From: Nemertoderma westbladi
Lineage: Eukaryota > Animalia > Xenacoelomorpha
Length of the DNA stretch: 64,000 bases
NCBI GenBank assembly: GCA_032718475.1
Contig: JAUCBJ010007911.1
Location: 16,422-80,421 of the forward strand
Reading direction: 5' to 3'
This document shows, in pieces, positions 26,780-41,700 of the stretch (the stretch's first letter is position 1; the number at the start of each line of letters is the position of its first letter). The notes under the pieces were generated by a model, which was not told the origin of the DNA, did not search any database, and saw only the letters and a list, made by a program, of their open reading frames with translations. The position numbers and the translations under genes are program-made.

Positions 26780-29700
26780 GTGAGTATGTGTCTGTGTGTA
26801 GATTATCGAGGTGAGTATGTGTTTGTGTGTAGATTATCGCGCTCAGTACGTCTGTGTGTAGATTATCGAGCTCAGTACGTCTGTGTGTAGATTATCGCGC
26901 TCAGTACGACTGGGTGTAGATTATCGAACTCAGTACGTCTGTGTGTAGATTATCGAGCTCAGTACGTCTGTGTGTGTAGATTATCGAGCTCATTACGTCT
27001 GTGTGTAGATTATCGAGCTCAGTACGTCTGTGTGTAGTTTATCGAGCTCAGTACGACTGGGTGTAGATTATCGAACTCAGTACGTCTGTGTGTAGATTAT
27101 CGAGCTCAGTACGTCTGTGTGTGTAGATTATCGAGCTCATTACGTCTGTGTGTAGATTATCGAGCTCAGTACGTCTGTGTGTAGTTTATCGAGCTCAGTA
27201 CGACTGTGTGTAGATTATCGAGCTCAGTACGACTGTGTGTAGATTATCGAGCTCAGTACGACTGGGTGTAGATTATCGAACTCAGTACGTCTGTGTGTAG
27301 ATTATCGAGCTCAGTACGTCTGTGTGTGTAGATTATCGAGCTCATTACGTCTGTGTGTAGATTATCGAGCTCAGTACGTCTGTGTGTAGTTTATCGAGCT
27401 CAGTACGACTGTGTGTAGATTATCGAGCTCAGTACGACTGGGTGTAGATTATCGAACTCAGTACGTCTGTGTGTAGATTATCGAGCTCAGTACGTCTGTG
27501 TGTGTAGATTATCGAGCTCATTACGTCTGTGTGTAGATTATCGAGCTCAGTACGTCTGTGTGTGTAGATTATCGAGCTCATTACGTCTGTGTGTAGATTA
27601 TCGAGCTCAGTACGTCTGTGTGTGTAGATTATCGAGCTCAGTACGTCTGTGTGTAGATTATCGAGCTCAGTACGTCTGTGTGTAGATTATCGAGCTCAGT
27701 ACGTCTGTGTGTAGATTATCGAACTCAGAACGTCTGTGTGTAGATTATCGAGGTCAGTACGTCTGTGTGTAGATTATCGAGCTCAGTACGTCTGTGTGTG
27801 TAGATTATCGAGCTCATTACGTCTGTGTGTAGATTATCGAGCTCAGTACGTCTGTGTGTGTAGATTATCGAGCTCAGTACGTCTGTGTGTAGATTATCGA
27901 GCTCAGTACGTCTGTGTGTGTAGATTATCGAGCTCAGTACGTCTGTGTGTAGATTATCGAGCTCATTACGTCTGTGTGTAGATTATCGCGTTCAGTACGT
28001 CTGTGTGTAGATTATCGAGCTCAGTACGTCGTGTGTGTAGATTATCGAGCTCAGTACGTCTGTGTGTAGATTATCGAGCTCATTACGTCTGTGTGTAGAT
28101 TATCGAGCTCAGTACGTCTGTGTGTAGATTATCGAGCTCAGTACGTCTGTGTGTAGATTATCGAGCTCAGTACGTCTGGTGTGTAGATTATCGAGCTCAG
28201 TACGTCTGTGTGTAGATTATCGAGCTCAGTACGTCTGTGTGTAGATTATCGAGCTCAGTACGTCTGTGTGTAGATTATCGAGCTCAGTACGTCTGTGTGT
28301 AGATTATCGAGCTCAGTACGTCTGTGTGTAGATTATCGAGCTCAGTACGTCTGTGTGTGTAGATTATCGAGCTCAGTACGTCTGTGTGTAGATTATCGAG
28401 CTCAGTACGTCTGTGTGTAGATTATCGAGCTCAGTACGTCTGTGTGTAGATTATCGAGCTCAGTACGTCTGTGTGTAGATTATCGAGCTCAGTACGTCTG
28501 TGTGTAGATTATCGAGCTCAGTACGTCTGTGTGTAGATTATCGCGCTCATTACGTCTGTGTGTAGATTATCGAGCTCAGTACGTCTGTGTGTGTAGATTA
28601 TCGAGCTCAGTACGTCTGTGTGTAGATTATCGAGCTCATTACGTCTGTGTGTAGATTATCGAGCTCAGTACGTCGTGTGTGTAGATTATCGAGCTCAGTA
28701 CGTCTGTGTGTAGATTATCGAGCTCAGTACGTCGTGTGTGTAGATTATCGAGCTCAGTACGTCTGTGTGTAGATTATCGAGCTCAGTACGTCTGTGTGTA
28801 GATTATCGAGCTCAGTACGTCTGTGTGTAGATTATCGAGCTCAGTACGTCTGTGTGTAGATTATCGAACTCAGTACGTCTGTGTGTAGATTATCGAGCTC
28901 AGTACGTCTGTGTGTAGATTATCGAGCTCAGTACGTCTGTGTGTAGATTATCGAGCTCAGTACGTCTGTGTGTGTAGATTATCGAGCTCAGTACGTCTGT
29001 GTGTGTAGATTATCGAGCTCAGTACGTCTGTGTGTAGATTATCGAGCTCAGTACGTCTGTGTGTGTAGATTATCGAGCTCAGTACGTCTGTGTGTAGATT
29101 ATCGAGCTCAGTACGTCTGTGTGTGTAGATTATCGAACTCAGTACGTCTGTGTGTAGATTATCGAGCTCAGTACGTCGTGTGTGTAGATTATCGAGCTCA
29201 TTACGTCGTGTGTGTAGATTATCGAGCTCAGTACGTCTGTGTGTGTAGATTATCGCGCTCAGTACGTCTGTGTGTGTAGATTATCGCGCTCAGTACGTCT
29301 GTGTGTAGATTATCGAGCTCAGTACGTCTGTGTGTAGATTATCGAGCTCAGTACGTCTGTGTGTAGATTATCGCGCTCAGTACGTCTGTGTGTAGATTAT
29401 CGAGCTCAGTACGTCTGTGCGTGTAGATTATCGAGCTCAGTACGTCTGTGTGTGTAGATTATCGAGCTCAGTACGTCTGTGTGTAGATTATCGAGCTCAG
29501 TACGTCTGTGTGTAGATTATCGAGCTCAGTGCGTCTGTGTGTGTAGATTATCGAGCTCAGTACGTCTGTGTGTAGATTATCGCGCTCAGTACGTCTGTGT
29601 GTGTAGATTATCGAGCTCAGTACGTCTGTGTGTAGATTATCGAGCTCAGTACGTCTGTGTGTAGATTATCGAGCTCAGTACGTCTGTGTGTGTAGATTAT

Positions 29701-32700
29701 CGCGCTCAGTACGTCTGTGTGTGTAGATTATCGCGCTCATTACGTCTGTGTGTGTAGATTATCGCGCTCAGTACGTCTGTGTGTAGATTATCGAGCTCAG
29801 TACGACTGGCTGTAGATTATCGAACTCAGTACGTCTGTGTGTAGATTATCGAACTCAGTACGTCTGTGTGTAGATTATCGAGCTCAGTACGTCTGTGTGT
29901 AGATTATCGAGCTCAGTACGTCTGTGTGTAGATTATCGAACTCAGTACGTCTGTGTGTAGATTATCGAGCTCAGTACGACTGGGTGTAGATTATCGAACT
30001 CAGTACGTCTGTGTGTAGATTATCGAGCACAGTACGTCTGTATGTAGATTATCGAGCTCAGTACGTCTGTGTGTGTAGATTATCGCGCTCAGTACGTCTG
30101 TGTGTAGATTATCGAGCTCAGTACGTCTGTGTGTAGATTATCGAGCTCAGTACGTCTGTGTGTAGATTATCGAGCCCAGTACGTCTGTGTGTAGATTATC
30201 GAGCTCAGTACGTCTGTGTGTAGATTATCGAGCTCAGTACGACTGGGTGTAGATTATCGAACTCAGTACGTCTGTGTGTAGATTATCAAGCTCAGTACGT
30301 CTGTGTGTGGATTATCGAGCTCAGTACGTCTGTGTGTAGATTATCGAGCTCAGTACGTCTGTGTGTAGATTATCGAGCTCAGTACGTCTGTGTGTAGATT
30401 ATCGAGCTCAGTACGACTGGGTGTAGATTATCGAACTCAGTACGTCTGTGTGTAGATTATCGAGCTCAGTACGTCTGTGTGTAGATTATCGAGCTCAGTA
30501 CGTCTGTGTGTAGATTATCGAGGTCATTACGTCTGTGTGTGTAGATTATCGAGCTCAGTACGTCTGCGTGTAGATTATCGAGCTCAGTACGTCTGTGTGT
30601 GTAGATTATCGCGCTCAGTACGTCTGTGTGTAGATTATCGAGCTCAGTACGTCTGTGTGTAGATTATCGAGCTCATTACGTCTGTGTGTGTAGATTATCG
30701 CGCTCAGTACGTCTGTGTGTAGATTATCGAGCTCAGTACGTCTGTGTGTAGATTATCGAGCTCATTACGTCTGTGTGTGTAGATTATCGAGCTCAGTACG
30801 TCTGTGTGTAGATTATCGCGCTCAGTACGTCTGTGTGTAGATTATCGAGCTCAGTACGTCTGTGTGTAGATTATTGAGCTCATAACGTTTGTGTGTAGAT
30901 TATCGAGCTCAGTACGTCTGTGTGTGTAGATTATCGCGCTCAGTACGTCTGTGTGTAGATTATCGAGCTCAGTACGTCTGTGTGTAGATTATCGAGCTCA
31001 TAACGTTTGTGTGTAGATTATCGAGCTCAGTACGTCTGTGTGTATATTATCGAGCTCAGTACGTCTGTGTGTAGATTATCGAGCTCAGTACGTCTGTGTG
31101 TAGATTATCGAGCTCAGTACGTCTGTGTGTAGATTATCGAGCTCATAACGTCTGTGTGTAGATTATCGAGCTCAGTACGTCTGTGTGCAGATTATCGAGC
31201 TCAGTACGACTGTGTGTAGATTATCGAGCTCAGTATGTCTGTGTGTAGATTATCGAGCTCATTACGTATGTGTGTAGATTATCGAGCTCAGTACGTCTGT
31301 GTGTAGATTATCGAGCTCAGTACGTCTGTGTGTAGATTATCGAGCTCAGTACGTCCGTGTGTAGATTATCGCGCTCAGTACGTCTGTGTGTAGATTATCG
31401 AGCTGAGTACGTCTGTGTGTAGATTATCGAGCTCAGTACGTCTGTGTGTAGTTTTTCGCGCTCATTACGTCTGTGTGTGTAGATTATCGAGCTCAGTACG
31501 TCTGTGTGTATGTTGATTATCGCGCTCAGTACGTCTGTGTGTAGATTATCGAGCTCAGTACGTCTGTGTGTAGATTATCGAGCTCAGTACGTCTGTGTGT
31601 AGTTTTTCGCGCTCATTACGTCTGTGTGTGTAGATTATCGAGCTCAGTACGTCTGTGTGTATGTTGATTATCGCGCTCAGTACGTCTGTGTGTAGATTAT
31701 CGAGCTCAGTACGTCTGTTTGTAGATTATCGAGCTCAGTACGTCTGTGTGTATATTACCGCGCTCAGTACGTCTGTGTGTATGTTGATTATCGCGCTCAG
31801 TACGTCTGTGTGTAGATTATCGAGCTCAGTACGTCTGTTTGTAGATTATCGAGCTCAGTACGTCTGTGTGTATATTACCGCGCTCAGTACGTCTGTGTGT
31901 GTAGATTATCGAGCTCAGTACGTCTGTGTGTAGATTATCGCGCTCAGTACGTCTGTGTGTAGATTATCGAGCTCAGTACGTCTGTGTGTAGATTATTGAG
32001 CTCATAACGTTTTTGTGTATATTATCGCGCTCAGTACGTCTGTGTGTAGATTATCGCGCTCAGTACGTCTGTGTGTATGTTGATTATCGCGCTCAGTACG
32101 TCTGTGTGTAGATTATCGCGCTCAGTACGTCTGTGTGTAGATTATCGAGCTCAGTACGTCTGTGTGTAGATTATCGAGCTCAGTACGTTTGTGTGTAGAT
32201 TATCGAGCTCAGTACGTCTGTGTGTAGATTATCGAGCTCAGTACGTCTGTGTGTAGATTATCGAGCTCAGTACGTCTGTGTGTAGATTATTGAGCTCATA
32301 ACGTTTGTGTGTAGATTATCGCGCTCAGTACGTCTGTGTGTAGATTATCGCGCTCATTACGTCTGTGTGTGTAGATTATCGAGCTCAGTACGTCTGTGTG
32401 TAGATTATCGCGCTCAGTACGTCTGTGTGTAGATTATCGAGCTCAGTACGTCTGGGTGTAGATTATCAAGCTCAGTACGTTTGTGTGTAGATTATCGAGC
32501 TCAGTACGTCTGTGTGTAGATTATCGAGCTCAGTACGTCTGTGTGTAGATTATCGCGCTCAGTACGTCTGTGTGTAGATTATCGAGCTCAGTACGTCTGT
32601 GTGTAGATTATCGAGCTCATAACGTTTGTGTGTAGATTATCGAGCTCAGTACGTCTGTGTGTAGATTATCGCGCTCATTACGTCTGTGTGTGTAGATTAT

Positions 32701-35700
32701 CGAGCTCAGTACGTCTGTGTGTAGATTATCGCGCTCAGTACGTCTGTGTGTAGATTATCGAGCTCAGTACGTCTGGGTGTAGATTATCAAGCTCAGTACG
32801 TTTGTGTGTAGATTATCGAGCTCAGTACGTCTGTGTGTAGATTATCGAGCTCAGTACGTCTGTGTGTAGATTATTGAGCTCATAACGTTTGTGTGTAGAT
32901 TATCGCGCTCAGTACGTCTGTGTGTAGATTATCGCGCTCAGTACGTCTGTGTGTAGATTATCGAGCTCATAACGTTTGTGTGTAGATTATCGAGCTCAGT
33001 ACGTCTGTGTGTAGATTATCGAGCTCGGTACGTCTGTGTGTAGATTATTGAGCTCATAACGTTTGTGTGTAGATTATCGCGCTCAGTACGTCTGTGTGTA
33101 GATTATCGAGCTCAGTACGTCTGTGTGTAGATTATCGAGCTCAGTACGTCTGTGTGTGTGTAGATTATCGAGCTGAGTACGTCTGTGTGTAGATTATCGA
33201 GCCCAGTACGTCTGTGTGTAGATTATCGAGCTCAGTACGTCTGTGTGTAGATTATCGAGCTGAGTACGTCTGTGTGTAGATTATCGAGCTCATTACGTCT
33301 GTGTGTAGAATATCGAGCTCATTACGTCTGTGTGTAGAATATCGAGCTCAGTACGTCTGTGTGTAGATTATCGAACTCAGTACGTCTGTGTGTAGATTAT
33401 CGAGCTCAGTACGTCTGTGTGTAGATTATCGAGCTCAGTACGTCTGTGTGTAGAATTTCGAGCTCATTACGTCAGTGTGTAGATTATCGAGCTCAGTACG
33501 ACTGTGTGTAGATTATCGAACTCAGTACGTCTGTGTGTAGATTATCGAGCTCAGTACGTCTGTGTGTAGATTATCGAGCTCAGTACGTCTGTGTGTAGAT
33601 TATCGAGCTGAGTACGTCTGTGTGTAGATTATCGAGCTCATTACGTCTGTGTGTAGAATATCGAGCTCATTACGTCTGTGTGTAGAATATCGAGCTCAGT
33701 ACGTCTGTGTGTAGATTATCGAACTCAGTACGTCTGTGTGTAGATTATCGAGCTCAGTACGTCTGTGTGTAGATTATCGAGCTCAGTACGTCTGTGTGTA
33801 GAATTTCGAGCTCATTACGTCAGTGTGTAGATTATCGAGCTCAGTACGACTGTGTGTAGATTATCGAACTCAGTACGTCTGTGTGTAGATTATCGAGCTC
33901 AGTACGTCTGTGTGTAGATTATCGAGCCCAGTACGTCTGTGTGTAGATTATCGAGCTCAGTACGTCTGTGTGTAGATTATCGAGCTGAGTACGTCTGTGT
34001 GTAGATTATCGAGCTCATTACGTCTGTGTGTAGAATATCGAGCTCATTACGTCTGTGTGTAGAATATCGAGCTCAGTACGTCTGTGTGTAGATTATCGAA
34101 CTCAGTACGTCTGTGTGTAGATTATCGAGCTCAGTACGTCTGTGTGTAGATTATCGAGCTCAGTACGTCTGTGTGTAGAATTTCGAGCTCATTACGTCAG
34201 TGTGTAGATTATCGAGCTCAGTACGACTGTGTGTAGATTATCGAACTCAGTACGTCTGTGTGTAGATTATCGAGCTCAGTACGTCTGTGTGTAGATTATC
34301 GAGCTCAGTACGTCTGTGTGTAGATTATCGAGCTCAGTACGTCTGTGTGTAGATTATCGAGCTCAGTACGTCTGTGTGTAGATTATCGAGCTCATTACGT
34401 CTGTGTGTAGATTATCGAGCTCAGTACGTCTGTGTGTAGATTATCGAGCTCATTACGTCTGTGTGTAGATTATCGAGCTCAGTACGACTGTGTGTAGATT
34501 ATCGAGCTCAGTACGTCTGTGTGTAGATTATCGAGCTCAGTACGACTGTGTGTAGATTATCGAGCTCAGTATGTCTGTGTGTAGATTATCGAGCTCATTA
34601 CGTCTGTGTGTAGTTTTTCGCGCTCATTACGTCTGTGTGTAGATTATCGAGCTCAGTACGTCTGTGTGTAGATTATCGAGCTCAGTACGTCAGTGTGTAG
34701 AATATCGAGCTCAGTACGTCTGTGTGTAGTTTTTCTCGCTCATTACGTCTGTGTGTGTAGATTATCGAGCTCAGTACGTCTGTGTGTAGATTATCGAGCT
34801 CAGTACGTCTGTGTGTAGATTATCGAGCTCATCACGTCTGTATGTAGAATATCGCGCTCAGTACGTCTGTGTGTAGTTTTTCGCGCTCATTACGTCTGTG
34901 TGTGTAGATTATCGAGCTCAGTACGTCTGTGTGTAGATTATCGAACTCAGTACGTCTGTGTGTAGATTATCGAGCTCAGTACGTCTGTGTGTAGATTATC
35001 GAACTCAGTACGTCTGTGTGTAGATTATCGAGCTCATTACGTATGTGTGTAGATTATCGAGCTCAGTACGTATATGTGTAGATTATCGAGCTCATTACGT
35101 CTGTGTGTGTAGATTATCGAGCTCATTACGTCTGTGTGTAGATTATCGAGCTCAGTACGTCTGTGTGTAGATTATCGAGCCCAGTACGTCTGTGTGTAGA
35201 TTATCGAGCTCAGTACGTCTGTGTGTAGATTATCGAGCTCAGTACGTCTGTGTGTAGATTATCGAGCTCAGTACGTCTGTGTGTAGATTATCGAGCTCAT
35301 CACGTCTGTGTGTAGAATATCGAGCTCATAACGTTTGTGTGTAGATTATCGAGCTCAGTACGTCTGTGTGTAGATTATCGAGCTCAGTACGTCTGTGTGT
35401 AGATTATTGAGCTCATAACGTCTGTGTGTAGATTATCGCGCTCAGTACGTCTGTGTGTAGATTATCGAGCTCAGTACGTCTGGGTGTAGATTATCAAGCT
35501 CAGTACGTTTGTGTGTAGATTATCGAGCTCAGTACGTCTGTGTGTAGATTATCGAGCTCAGTACGTCTGTGTGTAGATTATCGCGCTCAGTACGTCTGTG
35601 TGTAGATTATCGAGCTCAGTACGTCTGTGTGTAGATTATCGAGCTCATAACGTTTGTGTGTAGATTATCGAGCTCAGTACGTCTGTGTGTAGATTATCGC

Positions 35701-38700
35701 GCTCAGTACGTCTGTGTGTAGATTATCGCGCTCATTACGTCTGTGTGTGTAGATTATCGAGCTCAGTACGTCTGTGTGTAGATTATCGCGCTCAGTACGT
35801 CTGTGTGTAGATTATCGAGCTCAGTACGTCTGGGTGTAGATTATCAAGCTCAGTACGTTTGTGTGTAGATTATCGAGCTCAGTACGTCTGTGTGTAGATT
35901 ATCGAGCTCAGTACGTCTGTGTGTAGATTATTGAGCTCATAACGTTTGTGTGTAGATTATCGCGCTCAGTACGTCTGTGTGTAGATTATCGCGCTCAGTA
36001 CGTCTGTGTGTAGATTATCGAGCTCATAACGTTTGTGTGTAGATTATCGAGCTCAGTACGTCTGTGTGTAGATTATCGAGCTCGGTACGTCTGTGTGTAG
36101 ATTATTGAGCTCATAACGTTTGTGTGTAGATTATCGCGCTCAGTACGTCTGTGTGTAGATTATCGAGCTCAGTACGTCTGTGTGTAGATTATCGAGCTCA
36201 GTACGTCTGTGTGTGTGTAGATTATCGAGCTGAGTACGTCTGTGTGTAGATTATCGAGCCCAGTACGTCTGTGTGTAGTTTTTCGCGCTCATTACGTCTG
36301 TGTGTAGATTATCGAGCTCAGTACGTCTGTGTGTAGATTATCGAGCTCAGTACGTCTGTGTGTAGAATATCGAGCTCAGTACGTCTGTGTGTAGTTTTTC
36401 TCGCTCATTACGTCTGTGTGTGTAGATTATCGAGCTCAGTACGTCTGTGTGTAGATTATCGAGCTCAGTACGTCTGTGTGTAGATTATCGAGCTCATCAC
36501 GTCTGTATGTAGAATATCGCGCTCAGTACGTCTGTGTGTAGTTTTTCGCGCTCATTACGTCTGTGTGTGTAGATTATCGAGCTCAGTACGTCTGTGTGTA
36601 GATTATCGATCTCAGTACGTCTGTGTGTAGATTATCGAGCTCAGTACGTCTGTGTGTAGATTATCGAACTCAGTACGTCTGTGTGTAGATTATCGAGCTC
36701 ATTACGTATGTGTGTAGATTATCGAGCTCAGTACGTATATGTGTAGATTATCGAGCTCATTACGTCTGTGTGTGTAGATTATCGAGCTCATTACGTCTGT
36801 GTGTAGATTATCGAGCTCAGTACGTCTGTGTGTAGATTATCGAGCCCAGTACGTCTGTGTGTAGATTATCGAGCTCAGTACGTCTGTGTGTAGATTATCG
36901 AGCTCAGTACGTCTGTGTGTAGATTATCGAGCTCAGTACGTCTGTGTGTAGATTATTGAGCTCATAACGTCTGTGTGTAGATTATCGCGCTCAGTACGTC
37001 TGTGTGTAGATTATCGAGCTCAGTACGTCTGGGTGTAGATTATCAAGCTCAGTACGTTTGTGTGTAGATTATCGAGCTCAGTACGTCTGTGTGTAGATTA
37101 TCGAGCTCAGTACGTCTGTGTGTAGATTATCGCGCTCAGTACGTCTGTGTGTAGATTATCGAGCTCAGTACGTCTGTGTGTAGATTATCGAGCTCATAAC
37201 GTTTGTGTGTAGATTATCGAGCTCAGTACGTCTGTGTGTAGATTATCGAGCTCAGTACGTCTGTGTGTAGATTATTGAGCTCATAACGTTTGTGTGTAGA
37301 TTATCGCGCTCAGTACGTCTGTGTGTAGATTATCGCGCTCATTACGTCTGTGTGTGTAGATTATCGAGCTCAGTACGTCTGTGTGTAGATTATCGCGCTC
37401 AGTACGTCTGTGTGTAGATTATCGAGCTCATAACGTTTGTGTGTAGATTATCGCGCTCAGTACGTCTGTGTGTAGATTATCGCGCTCAGTACGTCTGTGT
37501 GTAGATTATCGAGCTCAGTACGTCTGTGTGTAGATTATTGAGCTCATAACGTTTGTGTGTAGATTATCGCGCTCAGTACGTCTGTGTGTAGATTATCGCG
37601 CTCAGTACGTCTGTGTGTAGATTATCGAGCTCATAACGTTTGTGTGTAGATTATCGAGCTTAGTACGTCTGTGTGTAGATTATCGAGCTCGGTACGTCTG
37701 TGTGTAGATTATTGAGCTCATAACGTTTGTGTGTAGATTATCGCGCTCAGTACGTCTGTGTGTAGATTATCGAGCTCAGTACGTCTGTGTGTAGATTATC
37801 GAGCTCAGTACGTCTGTGTGTGTGTAGATTATCGAGCTGAGTACGTCTGTGTGTAGATTATCGAGCCCAGTACGTCTGTGTGTAGATTATCGAGCTCAGT
37901 ACGTCTGTGTGTAGATTATCGAGCTGAGTACGTCTGTGTGTAGATTATCGAGCTCATTACGTCTGTGTGTAGAATATCGAGCTCATTACGTCTGTGTGTA
38001 GAATATCGAGCTCAGTACGTCTGTGTGTAGATTATCGAACTCAGTACGTCTGTGTGTAGATTATCGAGCTCAGTACGTCTGTGTGTAGATTATCGAGCTC
38101 AGTACGTCTGTGTGTAGATTATCGAGCTCAGTACGTCTGTGTGTAGATTATCGAGCTCAGTACGTCTGTGTGTAGATTATCGAGCTCAGTACGACTGTGT
38201 GTAGATTATCGAACTCAGTACGTCTGTGTGTAGATTATCGAGCTCAGTACGTCTGTGTGTAGATTATCGAGCTCAGTACGTCTGTGTGTAGATTATCGAG
38301 CTCAGTACGTCTGTGTGTAGATTATCGAGCTCAGTACGTCTGTGTGTAGATTATCGAGCTCATTACGTCTGTGTGTAGATTATCGAGCTCAGTACGTCTG
38401 TGTGTAGATTATCGAGCTCATTACGTCTGTGTGTAGATTATCGAGCTCAGTACGACTGTGTGTAGATTATCGAGCTCAGTACGTCTGTGTGTAGATTATC
38501 GAGCTCAGTACGTCTGTGTGTAGATTATCGAGCTCAGTACGTCTGTGTGTGTAGATTATCGAGCTCAGTACGTCTGTGTGTAGATTATCGAGCTCATTAC
38601 GTCTGTGTGTAGATTATCGAGCTCAGTACGACTGTGTGTAGATTATCGAGCTCAGTACGTCTGTGTGTAGATTATCGAGCTCAGTATGTCTGTGTGTAGA

Positions 38701-41700
38701 TTATCGAGCTCATTACGTCTGTGTGTAGTTTTTCGCGCTCATTGCGTCTGTGTGTAGATTATCGAGCTCAGTACGTCTGTGTGTAGATTATCGAGCTCAG
38801 TACGTCTGTGTGTAGAATATCGAGCTCAGTACGTCTGTGTGTAGTTTTTCTCGCTCATTACGTCTGTGTGTGTAGATTATCGAGCTCAGTACGTCTGTGT
38901 GTAGATTATCGAGCTCAGTACGTCTGTGTGTAGATTATCGAGCTCATCACGTCTGTATGTAGAATATCGCGCTCAGTACGTCTGTGTGTAGTTTTTCGCG
39001 CTCATTACGTCTGTGTGTGTAGATTATCGAGCTCAGTACGTCTGTGTGTAGATTATCGAACTCAGTACGTCTGTGTGTAGATTATCGAGCTCAGTACGTC
39101 TGTGTGTAGATTATCGAACTCAGTACGTCTGTGTGTAGATTATCGAGCTCATTACGTATGTGTGTAGATTATCGAGCTCAGTACGTATATGTGTAGATTA
39201 TCGAGCTCATTACGTCTGTGTGTGTAGATTATCGAGCTCATTACGTCTGTGTGTAGATTATCGAGCTCAGTACGTCTGTGTGTAGATTATCGAGCCCAGT
39301 ACGTCTGTGTGTAGATTATCGAGCTCAGTACGTCTGTGTGTAGATTATCGAGCTCAGTACGTCTGTGTGTAGATTATCGAGCTCAGTACGTCTGTGTGTA
39401 GATTATCGAGCTCATCACGTCTGTGTGTAGAATATCGAGCTCATAACGTTTGTGTGTAGATTATCGAGCTCAGTACGTCTGTGTGTAGATTATCGAGCTC
39501 AGTACGTCTGTGTGTAGATTATTGAGCTCATAACGTCTGTGTGTAGATTATCGCGCTCAGTACGTCTGTGTGTAGATTATCGAGCTCAGTACGTCTGGGT
39601 GTAGATTATCAAGCTCAGTACGTTTGTGTGTAGATTATCGAGCTCAGTACGTCTGTGTGTAGATTATCGAGCTCAGTACGTCTGTGTGTAGATTATCGCG
39701 CTCAGTACGTCTGTGTGTAGATTATCGAGCTCAGTACGTCTGTGTGTAGATTATCGAGCTCATAACGTTTGTGTGTAGATTATCGAGCTCAGTACGTCTG
39801 TGTGTAGATTATCGAGCTCAGTACGTCTGTGTGTTGATTATTGAGCTCATAACGTTTGTGTGTAGATTATCGCGCTCAGTACGTCTGTGTGTAGATTATC
39901 GCGCTCATTACGTCTGTGTGTGTAGATTATCGAGCTCAGTACGTCTGTGAATAGATTATCGCGCTCAGTACGTCTGTGTGTAGATTATCGAGCTCAGTAC
40001 GTCTGGGTGTAGATTATCAAGCTCAGTACGTTTGTGTGTAGATTATCGAGCTCAGTACGTCTGTGTGTAGATTATCGAGCTCAGTACGTCTGTGTGTAGA
40101 TTATTGAGCTCATAACGTTTGTGTGTAGATTATCGCGCTCAGTACGTCTGTGTGTAGATTATCGCGCTCAGTACGTCTGTGTGTAGATTATCGAGCTCAT
40201 AACGTTTGTGTGTAGATTATCGAGCTCAGTACGTCTGTGTGTAGATTATCGAGCTCGGTACGTCTGTGTGTAGATTATTGAGCTCATAACGTTTGTGTGT
40301 AGATTATCGCGCTCAGTTCGTCTGTGTGTAGATTATCGAGCTCAGTACGTCTGTGTGTAGATTATCGAGCTCAGTACGTCTGTGTGTGTGTAGATTATCG
40401 AGCTGAGTACGTCTGTGTGTAGATTATCGAGCCCAGTACGTCTGTGTGTAGATTATCGAGCTCAGTACGTCTGTGTGTAGATTATCGAGCTGAGTACGTC
40501 TGTGTGTAGATTATCGAGCTCATTACGTCTGTGTGTAGAATATCGAGCTCATTACGTCTGTGTGTAGAATATCGAGCTCAGTACGTCTGTGTGTAGATTA
40601 TCGAACTCAGTACGTCTGTGTGTAGATTATCGAGCTCAGTACGTCTGTGTGTAGATTATCGAGCTCAGTACGTCTGTGTGTAGAATTTCGAGCTCATTAC
40701 GTCAGTGTGTAGATTATCGAGCTCAGTACGACTGTGTGTAGATTATCGAACTCAGTACGTCTGTGTGTAGATTATCGAGCTCAGTACGTCTGTGTGTAGA
40801 TTATCGAGCTCAGTACGTCTGTGTGTAGATTATGGAGCTCAGTACGTCTGTGTGTAGATTATCGAGCTCAGTACGTCTGTGTGTAGATTATCGAGCTCAT
40901 TACGTCTGTGTGTAGATTATCGAGCTCAGTACGTCTGTGTGTGTAGATTATCGAGCTCAGTACGTCTGTGTGTAGATTATCGAGCTCATTACGTCTGTGT
41001 GTAGATTATCGAGCTCAGTACGACTGTGTGTAGATTATCGAGCTCAGTACGTCTGTGTGTAGATTATCGAGCTCAGTATGTCTGTGTGTAGATTATCGAG
41101 CTCATTACGTCTGTGTGTAGTTTTTCGCGCTCATTGCGTCTGTGTGTAGATTATCGAGCTCAGTACGTCTGTGTGTAGATTATCGAGCTCAGTACGTCTG
41201 TGTGTAGAATATCGAGCTCAGTACGTCTGTGTGTAGTTTTTCTCGCTCATTACGTCTGTGTGTGTAGATTATCGAGCTCAGTACGTCTGTGTGTAGATTA
41301 TCGAGCTCAGTACGTCTGTGTGTAGATTATCGAGCTCATCACGTCTGTATGTAGAATATCGCGCTCAGTACGTCTGTGTGTAGTTTTTCGCGCTCATTAC
41401 GTCTGTGTGTGTAGATTATCGAGCTCAGTACGTCTGTGTGTAGATTATCGAACTCAGTACGTCTGTGTGTAGATTATCGAGCTCAGTACGTCTGTGTGTA
41501 GATTATCGAACTCAGTACGTCTGTGTGTAGATTATCGAGCTCATTACGTATGTGTGTAGATTATCGAGCTCAGTACGTATATGTGTAGATTATCGAGCTC
41601 ATTACGTCTGTGTGTGTAGATTATCGAGCTCATTACGTCTGTGTGTAGATTATCGAGCTCAGTACGTCTGTGTGTAGATTATCGAGCCCAGTACGTCTGT

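Noticed and set aside
26501-26890. 129-aa ORF as a standalone gene
   Set aside because: Only 26635-26779 is coding (ITPA exon 4); the rest is intronic read-through.
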